Shown here: positions 21,667-31,680 of the stretch, piece by piece
Layout: each line of letters opens with the position of its first letter
Numbering within the stretch: the first letter of the stretch is position 1
Notes under the pieces: generated by a model
Databases searched by the model: none
What the model was told of the DNA's origin: nothing
Seen by the model: the letters and a program-made list of their open reading frames with translations, nothing else
Program-made: the position numbers and the translations under genes
NCBI GenBank assembly: GCA_003282155.1
Contig: QBZY01000001.1
Location: 18,917-82,916, forward strand
Reading direction: 5' to 3'
DNA: 64,000 nt
From: Pelagibacteraceae bacterium AG-337-I02
GTDB taxonomy: Bacteria; Pseudomonadota; Alphaproteobacteria; HIMB59; GCA-002718135

Positions 21667-22511
21667 TTATTTTTATTTACTTCAACTATTTCAATTTTTC
21701 TATTATTTGATTTGATAATCTTGATCCTAAGTTCATCATTAAAATCTATTACTTCATTATTTTTTGGTATCCTATTTATTTTTTCATATACAAGGCCGCC
21801 TACAGAAGATGTTTCATCATCTTCATTTCTTGGAATATTAATTGCAAAAAATTCTTCTAAATCTTCTACTCTATAACTAGCATCTACAGTTATTGAATTA
21901 TCTGATTTTTTATAAACTAATTCTTCTTCATCTTCAGCATCATGTTCATCTTCTATTTCACCAACAATTTCTTCAACTAAATCTTCTATTGTAACCAATC
22001 CATCTACACCTCCAACTCCATCCACAACAAGCCCTATATGAATCCTCGATGATCTCATTGTTTTAAGTAAGTCTAAAATTGGTGATTTTGGTGCAACATA
22101 TAAAACATCTCTTATAATTTCATTCATTTGAAATGTATCTTGAGATGATTTAATAAAATCTTTTATGTGAAAGAAGCCAATTACGTTATCAATATTTTTT
22201 TTGTACACTGGAAATCTAGAATGTCCTTCCTCTTTAATGACTTCTAAAATTTGATTATAAGATTTTTCATGATCTATAGCTATTATTTCACTTCTTGGTA
22301 TCATTAAATCTTCAACGCTTTTTTCGTTCAGGTTTACAATATTCTTAATCAGATTTTTTTCATTATTATCATTGAGATCTTCAAGATCTTTATCATCTTC
22401 ATCATTAGCTATAAAATTTAAGATATCTTCTTTTGTTGAATCATTAGATAGTAATTTTTTAATTATCCAATTTTTCCAGCTAGATGTTTTATCTGCTTTG
22501 TTTGTATTCAT
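21663..22511 (-). CDS. corC: CBS-pair / CorC_HlyC domain magnesium-cobalt efflux-associated protein (CorC/YbeX)
   Basis: 282 aa with tandem CBS domains and a C-terminal transporter-associated domain. 4-nt overlaps with both neighbours. Confidence 0.83.
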   Translation of the reverse strand: MNTNKADKTSSWKNWIIKKLLSNDSTKEDILNFIANDEDDKDLEDLNDNNEKNLIKNIVNLNEKSVEDLMIPRSEIIAIDHEKSYNQILEVIKEEGHSRFPVYKKNIDNVIGFFHIKDFIKSSQDTFQMNEIIRDVLYVAPKSPILDLLKTMRSSRIHIGLVVDGVGGVDGLVTIEDLVEEIVGEIEDEHDAEDEEELVYKKSDNSITVDASYRVEDLEEFFAINIPRNEDDETSSVGGLVYEKINRIPKNNEVIDFNDELRIKIIKSNNRKIEIVEVNKNN

Positions 22512-22990
22512 TGAATTGTATAAGGATTACTTATTCCAAATAATCCTAAAATTTTTATCTCCTCTTTTTTCATTTTTTTAAAATCTAAATTTTTTTTATG
22601 ATCATATCCATTGATATGCAATAAACTATGAATTAGTAAATGGTTAAAATGATCATATATGCTAACTTTGTTCCTACGTATAGATTTCTCAATAGTATCT
22701 ATAGAGAAAAAAATATCACAATATAAAATTTTTCCAACATTTTTATTTAAGTTTTTTGAAATAAAAGTAAGAACATCTGTGTCTGATTGTTTATTTTTAT
22801 AGATTTTATTAAGTTTTATCATTTTTGTTTTATTTGTTAAAATTATACTTACTTCAAATCTATGATCTTTTTTAAAATAAGCGCTCATCTTATTTATAGT
22901 TTTTTTTGTAATATTCTTAATTCTAGGCATTCGCCTTGGCCATTTTTTTGATTCTGAAAAAAAATCAACTTTTATTTTTTTCATATGCAT
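22508..22990 (-). CDS. ybeY: rRNA maturation endoribonuclease YbeY
   Basis: Zinc motif HLLIHSLLHINGYDH (H-x3-H-x5-H). 160 aa. Follows phoH. Confidence 0.9.
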   Translation of the reverse strand: MHMKKIKVDFFSESKKWPRRMPRIKNITKKTINKMSAYFKKDHRFEVSIILTNKTKMIKLNKIYKNKQSDTDVLTFISKNLNKNVGKILYCDIFFSIDTIEKSIRRNKVSIYDHFNHLLIHSLLHINGYDHKKNLDFKKMKKEEIKILGLFGISNPYTIQ

Positions 22991-23924
22991 TAATAATTTT
23001 TTTTACTAAATCATGCCGTACAACATCTTTTTCAGATAATTCTATAAAACCTATATCATTAACTTTGTTTAACTTTTTTAATGCATCTTTAAGTCCTGAA
23101 TCTTTTTCACTTACAAGATCAATTTGGGTAATATCTCCAACAACTACCATTTGACTATTTTTTCCTAATCTTGTTAAAAACATTTTCATTTGTGTTTTTG
23201 TTGTATTTTGTGCCTCATCTAAAATTATAAAACAATCTTCAAGTGTTCTTCCTCTCATAAAGGCAATAGGTGCTATTTCTATTGTGTTGTTTAGCAATTT
23301 TTTTTCTACCTGTTCATAAGGTAACATTGAATATAAAGCATCGTAAATTGGTCTCAAGAAAGGGTCTACTTTTTCTTTTAAATCTCCTGGAAGAAAACCC
23401 AATTTTTCACCAGCTTCAACAGCTGGTCTAGATAAAATAATTTTATTTACTTTGCCATCTTGGAGAGCTGAAACTGCTTTAGCAACGGCCAGATAAGTCT
23501 TTCCTGTTCCAGCCGGACCAATAGCAAATGTAATATTTTTAGTATTTAGTAATTGAAGATATTTATTTTGTATTTCAGTTCTTGGAATTATTTTTCTTTT
23601 TTTGGTTTGAATAAATAAATCCATCTGTTTGTCTGTATTAATATTCATAGATACTAAACTTTTATTATCTCTAATTCTATCCTCATCTATTTCAGCACCA
23701 TTTTGTGCTTCTTTAAATAAATTAAGAATAGTTTTCTTTGTTTCAAAAATTGATTTTTTATTACCTGATATTTTAATTTTATTACCACGATATTGGATCT
23801 TAACTTGATTAATTTGTTCTATAAGAGATAAGTTTCTATCATTGATACCAAATAAGTTAGTTAAAATTGTATTATCATCTAATTCAAGTTCTAAATTTTC
23901 ATATTTACGTACTATATCTGACAT
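22965..23924 (-). CDS. phoH: PhoH-like ATPase (YbeZ)
   Basis: 319 aa. Walker A GPAGTGKTY, Walker B FIILDEAQN. Confidence 0.92.
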   Translation of the reverse strand: MSDIVRKYENLELELDDNTILTNLFGINDRNLSLIEQINQVKIQYRGNKIKISGNKKSIFETKKTILNLFKEAQNGAEIDEDRIRDNKSLVSMNINTDKQMDLFIQTKKRKIIPRTEIQNKYLQLLNTKNITFAIGPAGTGKTYLAVAKAVSALQDGKVNKIILSRPAVEAGEKLGFLPGDLKEKVDPFLRPIYDALYSMLPYEQVEKKLLNNTIEIAPIAFMRGRTLEDCFIILDEAQNTTKTQMKMFLTRLGKNSQMVVVGDITQIDLVSEKDSGLKDALKKLNKVNDIGFIELSEKDVVRHDLVKKIINAYEKNKS

Positions 23925-25213
23925 TCAAGTGCAAAATTAGTTGAGTTTATAATTCTAACATCCATAATTTGATTTAATAAATCTTTTTTCGAGTTAATAA
24001 ATGTACTTTGATTGTAGATTGTACGACCTATAAATTGATCTCTGTGCCTGCCTATCTTTTCAAATAATACTTCCATCCCTTTATTAACAAATGATTTATT
24101 AAAATTTATTTGTTGTTGTGTAAGTAAAGATTGCAGTGCACTTAAGCGCGCTTTTTTATCTAAGATACTAATATTATCTTTATTTTGAGCAGGTGTTCCT
24201 GGTCTTGGGCTATAAATAAAGGAATAAGCAATGACAAAATTCACTGTTTCGATAAATTTCATTGTATCTTCAAAATCTTTATCTGTTTCTTCTGGGAAGC
24301 CAACAATAAAATCAGATGAAAGAGCAATATCAGGTCGAACATTTCTTATTTTTTCTACAATTTTTAAATAATCATAAACTGTATGTTTTCTATTCATTTT
24401 TTTTAAAATTTTGTCTGAGCCAGATTGAATAGGCAGATGAAGGAATGGCATTAGTTTTGTGTTGTCAGCATGGACATTAATTAGAGAATCTTTCATATCT
24501 ATAGGATGAGATGTCATGTATCTAATCCTCTTTATTTCTTCAATTTCACTTATCTTATTAATCAAATAAGCTAGATCCTTCGATTTTCCATCAGAAGAAA
24601 TGCCATGATAGGCATTAACATTTTGACCTAGTAAAATTATTTCTTTAATTCCATTTGAAACATATTTTTTTGTCTCTTCTACAATATCATTAACTGGTCT
24701 AGAAAATTCTGGCCCCCTAGTGTATGGCACTACACAGAAAGAACAGAATTTGTCACATCCTTCTTGAATAGATAAAAATTCAGATGATAAATTTGAAGAA
24801 TTAAAAATTAAGTTTTTAAATTTTTCATTTTGTAAAAATTCGCTATTTTCTATTTCATCAACTCTATCAATCATGTCAGGAAGTTTGTGATAAGATTGTG
24901 GTCCCACAACGTAATCAACTGACGGTGATCTTTTTTTTATTTCGAGACCCTCTGCTTGAGCTACACAACCAGCAACTACTAATTTCATGTTCTGTTTTTT
25001 ATCTTTAATTTTTTTAACTCTACCAATATCAGAGTAAACTTTCTCAACTGCCTTTTCTCTAATATGACATGTGTTCAAAACAGTTAAATCTGCCTTTAAA
25101 ATATCATCAGTTACTTTATACCCTTTATTTGAAAACAAATCTTTAATACGGTTACTATCGTATACATTCATCTGACAACCGTATGATTTTATATAAATAT
25201 ACTTATCACTCAT
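23912..25213 (-). CDS. miaB: tRNA-i6A37 methylthiotransferase
   Basis: 433 aa. N-terminal UPF0004 cysteines (YGCQMN), radical-SAM CDKFCSFC, and a C-terminal TRAM domain. Confidence 0.93.
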   Translation of the reverse strand: MSDKYIYIKSYGCQMNVYDSNRIKDLFSNKGYKVTDDILKADLTVLNTCHIREKAVEKVYSDIGRVKKIKDKKQNMKLVVAGCVAQAEGLEIKKRSPSVDYVVGPQSYHKLPDMIDRVDEIENSEFLQNEKFKNLIFNSSNLSSEFLSIQEGCDKFCSFCVVPYTRGPEFSRPVNDIVEETKKYVSNGIKEIILLGQNVNAYHGISSDGKSKDLAYLINKISEIEEIKRIRYMTSHPIDMKDSLINVHADNTKLMPFLHLPIQSGSDKILKKMNRKHTVYDYLKIVEKIRNVRPDIALSSDFIVGFPEETDKDFEDTMKFIETVNFVIAYSFIYSPRPGTPAQNKDNISILDKKARLSALQSLLTQQQINFNKSFVNKGMEVLFEKIGRHRDQFIGRTIYNQSTFINSKKDLLNQIMDVRIINSTNFALECQI

Positions 25214-25685
25214 GATTAATTTTTTTTATAAAGCATTTAGCATGGACATTTCTATCATTATATCTATAATAATTATGTCTAAAATTTAAAAAAACAAAGT
25301 TGTTTTTTTTATAAAAACTTATTGCATCTAAATTATCTTCAGCAACTTCAATGAAAATATGTGATAATTTAATTACATTTGTTTCAACATAATTTAATAA
25401 TTTTGTCGCAATTTGTTTTCTTCTTTGTTCTTTTAATACAAATAAAATATGCAATTCTAAGTCATAATCTTTATCGTTTTTAATTGCATCACCAATTAAA
25501 AGTCCTACTAGAGTATTAGCCTTAAAATATCCAAGAGAGTAATTATTAACTTTGTTAAATTGACTTTCAATATTTTTTTGATTCCAGCCTATTTTTTTAA
25601 AATAACTATATTCATCAGTATTATCTTTCATAAACTTAATGACTGAAGATAGCTCCTCTTTATTTATTAGACTAATACTATTCAA
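25206..25685 (-). CDS. rimI: GNAT acetyltransferase, probable ribosomal-protein-alanine acetyltransferase
   Basis: 159 aa GNAT fold (QRRKQIATKLL acetyl-CoA loop). Immediately downstream of tsaB, as in many bacteria. Confidence 0.68.
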   Translation of the reverse strand: MNSISLINKEELSSVIKFMKDNTDEYSYFKKIGWNQKNIESQFNKVNNYSLGYFKANTLVGLLIGDAIKNDKDYDLELHILFVLKEQRRKQIATKLLNYVETNVIKLSHIFIEVAEDNLDAISFYKKNNFVFLNFRHNYYRYNDRNVHAKCFIKKINHE

Positions 25686-26293
25686 TTTAGCAATTGATTA
25701 TTTGATATATAAATTGGTTTAATTATAATATTTTTTTTAAAAGTTAAATTATAATAATTTTTGTAAAATTCTTCAAAAAAAGAAAACTGAATTTGTTCTA
25801 ATTTATTGTTTTCATTAATTTTAGTCTTATTAAAAAGAATTAACTCGATATATTTTGGAATTGAGTATTTGTTATTTTCAATTTTATTGTATTCCATTAC
25901 GTTATCTTTATTTTTATAACATAAAAATTGCTGATTATTAGATGATGTTATAAAAACTCCTAAATTATTATTAGAGGATATTTTTAAATTAAAATTTAAA
26001 ATGTCCTCAATTGATAGTGGATAGTAAGGGATTTTACGAGATATAATGAGGCCTGATATAAATGCTGAACCAACTCTTAAACTTGTATATGATCCAGGGC
26101 CAATTGTCGTAGAAATTTTTTTAAGATTTTGTGTTAAATTTAAACGTTTATCTATTTCTATATAAGATTGTATTATATTATCACTCAACTTATCCGTTTC
26201 ATTTTGAATAATTTTCTCTTGTAGTATTACTTTGTTATCATCAATTACACAAAACTCTGGTATTGGTGATATAATATCCAAAAATAATAACAT
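25682..26293 (-). CDS. tsaB: tRNA t6A37 biosynthesis protein TsaB (YeaZ)
   Basis: 203 aa with the GPGSYTSLRVG motif characteristic of TsaB/YeaZ. Confidence 0.75.
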   Translation of the reverse strand: MLLFLDIISPIPEFCVIDDNKVILQEKIIQNETDKLSDNIIQSYIEIDKRLNLTQNLKKISTTIGPGSYTSLRVGSAFISGLIISRKIPYYPLSIEDILNFNLKISSNNNLGVFITSSNNQQFLCYKNKDNVMEYNKIENNKYSIPKYIELILFNKTKINENNKLEQIQFSFFEEFYKNYYNLTFKKNIIIKPIYISNNQLLN

Positions 26294-27322
26294 ATGAAAT
26301 TATATAACTACATTCTATTGCTATTTTTAAAAAGTATTTCTTTAACTTTTTTATTAGTAGGTGCAACTTTTGCTAATGAAGTAAAAAATTCAGCAACTGT
26401 ATTTATGTATCATAAATTTGGAGTTTCTAAATATCCTTCAACAAGTGTTACTATTGATCAACTTAATAGTCATATTGATGAACTAACTAAAGAAAAATAT
26501 ACGATTAAATCATTAAATTTTATTATTGATACGATAATTAATGACGGAGATCTTCCAGAAAATACTATTGGTATAAGTGTCGATGATGCTGATAAGTCTT
26601 TTCTAGAAGTTGGATGGCCTTTATTTAAAAAAAATAATATTCCCGTAACCTTATTTGTAACAACAGGAACAATTTCAAATAATCAAAAATATATTAACTG
26701 GGATCAAATAAGAAAGCTTAAAGAAGAAGGTGTCATAATTGGTGCCCACTCACATACACATGCCCACATGCCTGATATTAGTATAGAGGAAGTAAGAAAT
26801 GAAATAGAAACATCTAATAAAATTTTTCTTAAAGAACTTGGAGAAATACCAACTTTATTTGCATTTCCTTATGGGGAAACAACAGATGAAATAATTGAAT
26901 TAGTAAAAGAATTTAAATTTAAAGTTGCTTTTGGACAGCATTCCGGAATAATTAATGAAACATCTAACATGTATTATCTGCCAAGATTTTCTTTAAATGA
27001 AAGATATGGTGAAATAGACAGAGTTAAATTTGCTGCTTCCTCTAAAGGTTTAGGAGTTTATGATTTTATACCTAAAAATCCAACAATTAAACAAAATCCA
27101 CCATTCATAGGTTTTTCTCTTCTTGATGATAAGAAAGCACAATCTTTGGATTGTTTTGTATTTGATAGTAAAGGTCAAGTTGAAAGAGAAATTTATAAAT
27201 TTAATGAAAGGATTGAAATTAGACTTGCAAGAGAATTATCACCAGGAAGATCAAGAATGAATTGTACTGTTAAAGATAAGGACGGAAATTGGAGATGGTT
27301 TGGGCACCAATTCTATTTTTAA
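26294..27322 (+). CDS. Secreted polysaccharide deacetylase (NodB-homology) family protein
   Basis: Signal peptide, a DD motif (ISVDDADKSF) and a His motif (GAHSHTHAHM). 342 aa. Confidence 0.7.
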   Translation: MKLYNYILLLFLKSISLTFLLVGATFANEVKNSATVFMYHKFGVSKYPSTSVTIDQLNSHIDELTKEKYTIKSLNFIIDTIINDGDLPENTIGISVDDADKSFLEVGWPLFKKNNIPVTLFVTTGTISNNQKYINWDQIRKLKEEGVIIGAHSHTHAHMPDISIEEVRNEIETSNKIFLKELGEIPTLFAFPYGETTDEIIELVKEFKFKVAFGQHSGIINETSNMYYLPRFSLNERYGEIDRVKFAASSKGLGVYDFIPKNPTIKQNPPFIGFSLLDDKKAQSLDCFVFDSKGQVEREIYKFNERIEIRLARELSPGRSRMNCTVKDKDGNWRWFGHQFYF

Positions 27323-28345
27323 TTAATAAGAAATAGTTTTTTGATCAAAAACAATAAAATTATTACTTTTAATAACCTGTTTTATAGTTTTAATATAATT
27401 CTCATCTTCTGCGTAAGTACTTAATCTATCAACTAGTAAATTAACATTTGAAAAATTATTTCTTGTTCTCATAATATTTCTAATATCTCTGAAATCTTCA
27501 TAGGCGTAATGAGAATTAATATTATTAAAATATGACTCAACACTGTTGTTATAAGAATTGAAAGCTTTGATTAGGTGCCTTTCACCATTCTCTCTTTCAA
27601 GTGGAATAACACCTTTAGTATTATCATAAGTATATTCACCAAATAATGCATTATATTCCTGAGCAAATCTAGATGAACCCCAACCACTTTCAATTGCAGC
27701 TTGAGCTAAAACAATAGAGTTTGGAATCATTTCAACCCTTAAGAGAAGTTTATCAATAATTTCCATTTTGTGCTCATTATCGAATTCTAATTTATATTTT
27801 TTTGATAGTTTTCTTAATTTGTTTAGCTCAAAACTATTTAATGAATTATTTTCAGTAAGCTTCGAACGTAAAACAATTAGATTATTTCTGTTTGATAAGA
27901 TTTTTTGGTTTTCATTTATTATTAATGGCAGAACTGTTTTAACAAATTGTTGTTTTTGTTCGCTTAAATGCTGAAAGTCTATTTCAGATAAATTTGTAAC
28001 TAAATTCACTTGTGCATTATTTTCAATACCAGAATATGACTTTGGATTTAATGGTTTACTTTTAATATCAACTAAAAATTTTTTTTTCTTTAATGTATTT
28101 AAAATATCATTTTTTAGAATATCTTTTTCTGAATAGAGTTTGTTAATTGTATATGAGTCATAAGTATTACAATGGTTTAAAACAAGCTCATCTAATTCTG
28201 CATTTAACTTGTATTTAACTTCTAGTGTTGATGGTTTTTCCTCAAAAGCAATAGTTGGAATTGCAGCTGCAAGCCCAAAGATGAGAATTGGATATAAAAA
28301 AAGTTTATGCATCAATTGGTCTAACTTCTTGGACCTCTGGAACAT
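27323..28345 (-). CDS. Glucosaminidase-domain (Bax/FlgJ-like) peptidoglycan hydrolase
   Basis: VLAQAAIESGWGSSRFAQEYNALFG is the mannosyl-glycoprotein endo-beta-N-acetylglucosaminidase signature. The likely true start is Met12 (MHKLFLYPILIFGLAAA signal peptide, ~28312). Confidence 0.7.
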   Translation of the reverse strand: MFQRSKKLDQLMHKLFLYPILIFGLAAAIPTIAFEEKPSTLEVKYKLNAELDELVLNHCNTYDSYTINKLYSEKDILKNDILNTLKKKKFLVDIKSKPLNPKSYSGIENNAQVNLVTNLSEIDFQHLSEQKQQFVKTVLPLIINENQKILSNRNNLIVLRSKLTENNSLNSFELNKLRKLSKKYKLEFDNEHKMEIIDKLLLRVEMIPNSIVLAQAAIESGWGSSRFAQEYNALFGEYTYDNTKGVIPLERENGERHLIKAFNSYNNSVESYFNNINSHYAYEDFRDIRNIMRTRNNFSNVNLLVDRLSTYAEDENYIKTIKQVIKSNNFIVFDQKTISY

Positions 28346-28868
28346 AATGCTTGAGCATATTTTCTATTCCCATCTTAAGTGTAGCAGTAGAACTTGGGCA
28401 ACCAGAGCATGCACCTTGCATATGTAGATACACAACTCCGTCCTTAAAACTGTCATAAACAATATCGCCACCGTCCATTGCTACAGCTGGTCTGACCCTT
28501 GTATCAAGTAGTTCTTTAATCTGTTTAACAATATCTGTATCATTTTCATCAACCTTTAACGAAGCATCATCATTCTTTTTTTGAGTGTTGATTGTTACAT
28601 CGCCAGAGTTATAGTGATCCATAATAGATCCTAGGATTAATGGCTTCATAACTTGCCAGTCTAAAGATTGATTTTTTGTTATAGTAATAAAATCACTGCC
28701 AAAAAATACACCTTCCACACCCTCTAATTCAAATAAACGTTTCGCAAAGGGTGAATTTGATCCTTCTTCAATATTTTGAAAAAAAGCTGTTCCTTCTTCC
28801 ATCACAACTTTACCGGGAAGGAACTTTAAGGTTTGCGGGTTTGGAGTTTGTTCAGTTTGTATAAACAT
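28305..28868 (-). CDS. NifU/Nfu-type Fe-S cluster carrier (Nfu_N + NifU C-terminal domain)
   Basis: MFIQTEQTPNPQTLKF N-terminal domain and a C-terminal CxxC (GACSGCPSS). 187 aa. Confidence 0.85.
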   Translation of the reverse strand: MFIQTEQTPNPQTLKFLPGKVVMEEGTAFFQNIEEGSNSPFAKRLFELEGVEGVFFGSDFITITKNQSLDWQVMKPLILGSIMDHYNSGDVTINTQKKNDDASLKVDENDTDIVKQIKELLDTRVRPAVAMDGGDIVYDSFKDGVVYLHMQGACSGCPSSTATLKMGIENMLKHYVPEVQEVRPIDA

Positions 28869-28941
28869 ATGCTGTATATATAGTTATTAATATGTCTTTA
28901 GTATGAATTTTATAAAAAAAAATATTAAATTTGGGGAGTTT

Positions 28942-29949
28942 TTATGTCAAAAAACCAATAATTTCTTTAGTTTTTTGTAAAACAGGTTCGGCAACTGAAG
29001 TTGCATTATCTTTTCCGGTATTTAGAACAGAATCGATATACGAAATATCATTCATAAGTTTATTCATTTCACTCGTAATTGGCTCCAACTTTGAGACAGA
29101 TAAATCAGCTAAATCCTTCTTAAAAATAGAGAATTCTTTTCCAGAATATTCATTAATAACAGTTTCAACTGAAGTATCTTTTAGTGAAGCAAATATGGAA
29201 ATTAAGTTCTCAGCTTCAGGTCTTTTTTCTAAATCAGTTTTATTTTCGGGTAGTGGTTCTGGATCTGTTTTTGCTTTTCTTATTTTTTGAACAATATTTT
29301 CTGCTGTATCAGTTAACATTATTCTCGAATAATCAGATGGATCAGACTTACTCATTTTTTTTGACCCATCACGAAGGCTCATTACTCTTGTTGCTTCACC
29401 AAAAATTAACGGCTCAGGAATGGGGAATAAATCTGTTTTAAAATCATTATTAAATTTTTGTGCTATATCTCTGGTCAGTTCCAAGTGTTGTTTTTGATCA
29501 TCTCCAACTGGTACGTGCGTTGCTAAATAAATTAAAATATCCGCTGCCATTAAAGTTGGATAGGAAAAAAGACCAACTGAAACATTTTCACTATTCTTTC
29601 CCGCCTTATCTTTAAATTGTGTCATACGGTTTAACCATCCCATTCGTGCAACACAATTAAATAACCATGCAAGCTGTGCATGTTGGGGAACTTGTGATTG
29701 AACAAAAATATTATTTTTCTTTGGATCAATACCAGAAGCAATAAATGCAGCTGTTACTTCTCTAGTTTTATCTGCTAATACTTTAGGATCTTGCCATACT
29801 GTGATTGCGTGTAAATCAACAACACAAAAAAAACATTCATATTCTTTTTGAAGCGTAACGAAATTTTTTATCGCACCAAGATAATTTCCTAAATGAAGAT
29901 CACCTGAAGGCTGTACTCCTGATAAAATTCTTTTAGTTTGTTTATCCAT
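28942..29949 (-). CDS. trpS: Tryptophan-tRNA ligase
   Basis: 335 aa. HIGH-type [10 protein letters not shown] and KMSKS motifs. Confidence 0.95.
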   Translation of the reverse strand: MDKQTKRILSGVQPSGDLHLGNYLGAIKNFVTLQKEYECFFCVVDLHAITVWQDPKVLADKTREVTAAFIASGIDPKKNNIFVQSQVPQHAQLAWLFNCVARMGWLNRMTQFKDKAGKNSENVSVGLFSYPTLMAADILIYLATHVPVGDDQKQHLELTRDIAQKFNNDFKTDLFPIPEPLIFGEATRVMSLRDGSKKMSKSDPSDYSRIMLTDTAENIVQKIRKAKTDPEPLPENKTDLEKRPEAENLISIFASLKDTSVETVINEYSGKEFSIFKKDLADLSVSKLEPITSEMNKLMNDISYIDSVLNTGKDNATSVAEPVLQKTKEIIGFLT

Positions 29950-29950
29950 T

Positions 29951-31498
29951 TTATTTTTTTAAATATTCTCTTAACTGATTAATGGTTAAGACTTTTAACA
30001 CAATTACTAAAGCAAAATAAATAATTATAGATAAAAAGATCATTAGAAGTAAAAGGCCTGAGTTTACCAATACTGAATTCTCAATAATATTATTAAAGAG
30101 GGCTCCGTTTAATACATATATTGCTGCAAATAATATGGCGGAATTGATAAATATTTTGAATGAATTCTTAACTAAAATATCATCAAATTGAACAAGGTTT
30201 CTCATATATAAAAAGACATAGAGCAAAAAAGCATTTATCCATGCACTAATAGCTGTTGCTAGTGCAATCCCCATTTCTCTCATCGATCCAATTAAAAGAA
30301 GTGATAAAACAATATTACTAATTACGCTTACGATTGAGATATAAAGAGGTGTTCTTGTATTCTCCCTTGCAAAGAAACAAGAAACTAAAACTTTAATAAT
30401 AATATAAGCGGGTAAACCTAAAGAAAAGTAGCTAAGAACTTTAGCTGTATAAAAAGTATCTTCTTCTAAAAATGCCCCACGTTCAAACAAGATATAAATA
30501 ATAGGTTCAGCTAAAATAAATAATCCTATGGCGGAGGGTAAAGAAATTAATAACGAAAATTCAATAGATCTATTTTGAATATTATTTGTGGTGTCTAAAT
30601 CAGACTGTTTAATTGCTTTTGATAAACTTGGTAAAAGAACAATACCAAGTGCTATTCCAAATATCGCAAGTGGTAGTTGGTTAAGACGATCCGCATAATA
30701 AATATGACTGATAGCACCAACAGGTAAAAAAGAAGCGATGATAGTTCCAATGACAATATTTAATTGAATAACACCTGAGCCGATAACACCTGGTAAAAAT
30801 AATGTAAAAAACTTTTTTAACTTTTCATTTAAAACTGGGATACGAATACGTGGTCGGTAAAAATTTAAAACTGCTCTGTATAAATACAAAAATTGTAATA
30901 TGCCGCCAATCAATACACCATACGACAATGCATGACCTGCAGTTGTCACAAAGGGTGTTAAAAAGAATAAAGACAGAATAAAACTTATATTCAAAATGGC
31001 AGGGGCAAATGCACCAGCCGCGAAACGTCCATGCACATTATTAATTGAAGCAAAGTGCGCAGCTAAGGAAATAAAAATGATATAGGGAAAAATTATTTTT
31101 CCAAAATGCACAGCAAGTTCATAGGCCTCTTTATTATCGGTAAAACCTGGCGCTAAAACTTGAATGATATAAGGCATCCCAAAGAAAAAAAGGATTGTTA
31201 AAACTAGCGTAGCAAAAAGTAACATTGAGGTTGTGTTTTCAACAAAATCAGAAGCTTCACGTTCATCTTTTGGATTGAGAACAACACCGGAGAAAACAGG
31301 GATTAATGCAGCACTGTATGCTCCTTCTGCTAGGACACGGCGAAAGAAATTAGGAATACGAAATGCTACGAAGAATGCGTCAGCAATTACTGTCGATCCA
31401 AGATATCTTGCTATTAATATGTCTCGGATAAAACCTAATACTCGACTTAAAAATGTATAAAAGCTGACAGTAAAGAATGATCTAAAAAGACTCTTCAT
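29951..31498 (-). CDS. murJ: Lipid II flippase MurJ (MviN)
   Basis: 515 aa, about 14 TM segments, with a conserved N-terminus ([22 protein letters not shown]). Confidence 0.9.
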   Translation of the reverse strand: MKSLFRSFFTVSFYTFLSRVLGFIRDILIARYLGSTVIADAFFVAFRIPNFFRRVLAEGAYSAALIPVFSGVVLNPKDEREASDFVENTTSMLLFATLVLTILFFFGMPYIIQVLAPGFTDNKEAYELAVHFGKIIFPYIIFISLAAHFASINNVHGRFAAGAFAPAILNISFILSLFFLTPFVTTAGHALSYGVLIGGILQFLYLYRAVLNFYRPRIRIPVLNEKLKKFFTLFLPGVIGSGVIQLNIVIGTIIASFLPVGAISHIYYADRLNQLPLAIFGIALGIVLLPSLSKAIKQSDLDTTNNIQNRSIEFSLLISLPSAIGLFILAEPIIYILFERGAFLEEDTFYTAKVLSYFSLGLPAYIIIKVLVSCFFARENTRTPLYISIVSVISNIVLSLLLIGSMREMGIALATAISAWINAFLLYVFLYMRNLVQFDDILVKNSFKIFINSAILFAAIYVLNGALFNNIIENSVLVNSGLLLLMIFLSIIIYFALVIVLKVLTINQLREYLKK

Positions 31499-31593
31499 AT
31501 AGAGGTTTTATAGTTTGATTTGTGATTTGTATAAATGAATTTTAGGGCCTAATTATGCCCTAAGCTATAACTTGCAGATCTAAAGGTTCTTAT

Positions 31594-31611
31594 ATTACAG
31601 ATTTGTTACAG
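31594..31611 (-). promoter_or_regulatory. Pho-box-like direct repeat CTGTAAC-AAAT-CTGTAAT (read on the minus strand)
   Basis: Two 7-nt repeats with a 4-nt AT spacer, each 6/7 to E. coli CTGTCAT. Lies in the murJ / PiT-like divergent spacer. It is oriented toward murJ, not toward the P-related gene. Confidence 0.4.
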
Positions 31612-31680
31612 AAGTATTATTTTTTTTCAAATCAAAAAATTTTTATTCGAATCTAATTTTAAAAATATAATATTTAAAAA

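Noticed and set aside
22965-22990. The 26-nt ybeY/phoH overlap and the 41-nt overlap between the glucosaminidase gene and the Nfu gene, as possible frameshift or fusion signals.
   Set aside because: Both are explained by downstream alternative Met starts (ybeY Met3; glucosaminidase Met12 at a signal peptide). All four proteins are full length with intact motifs.
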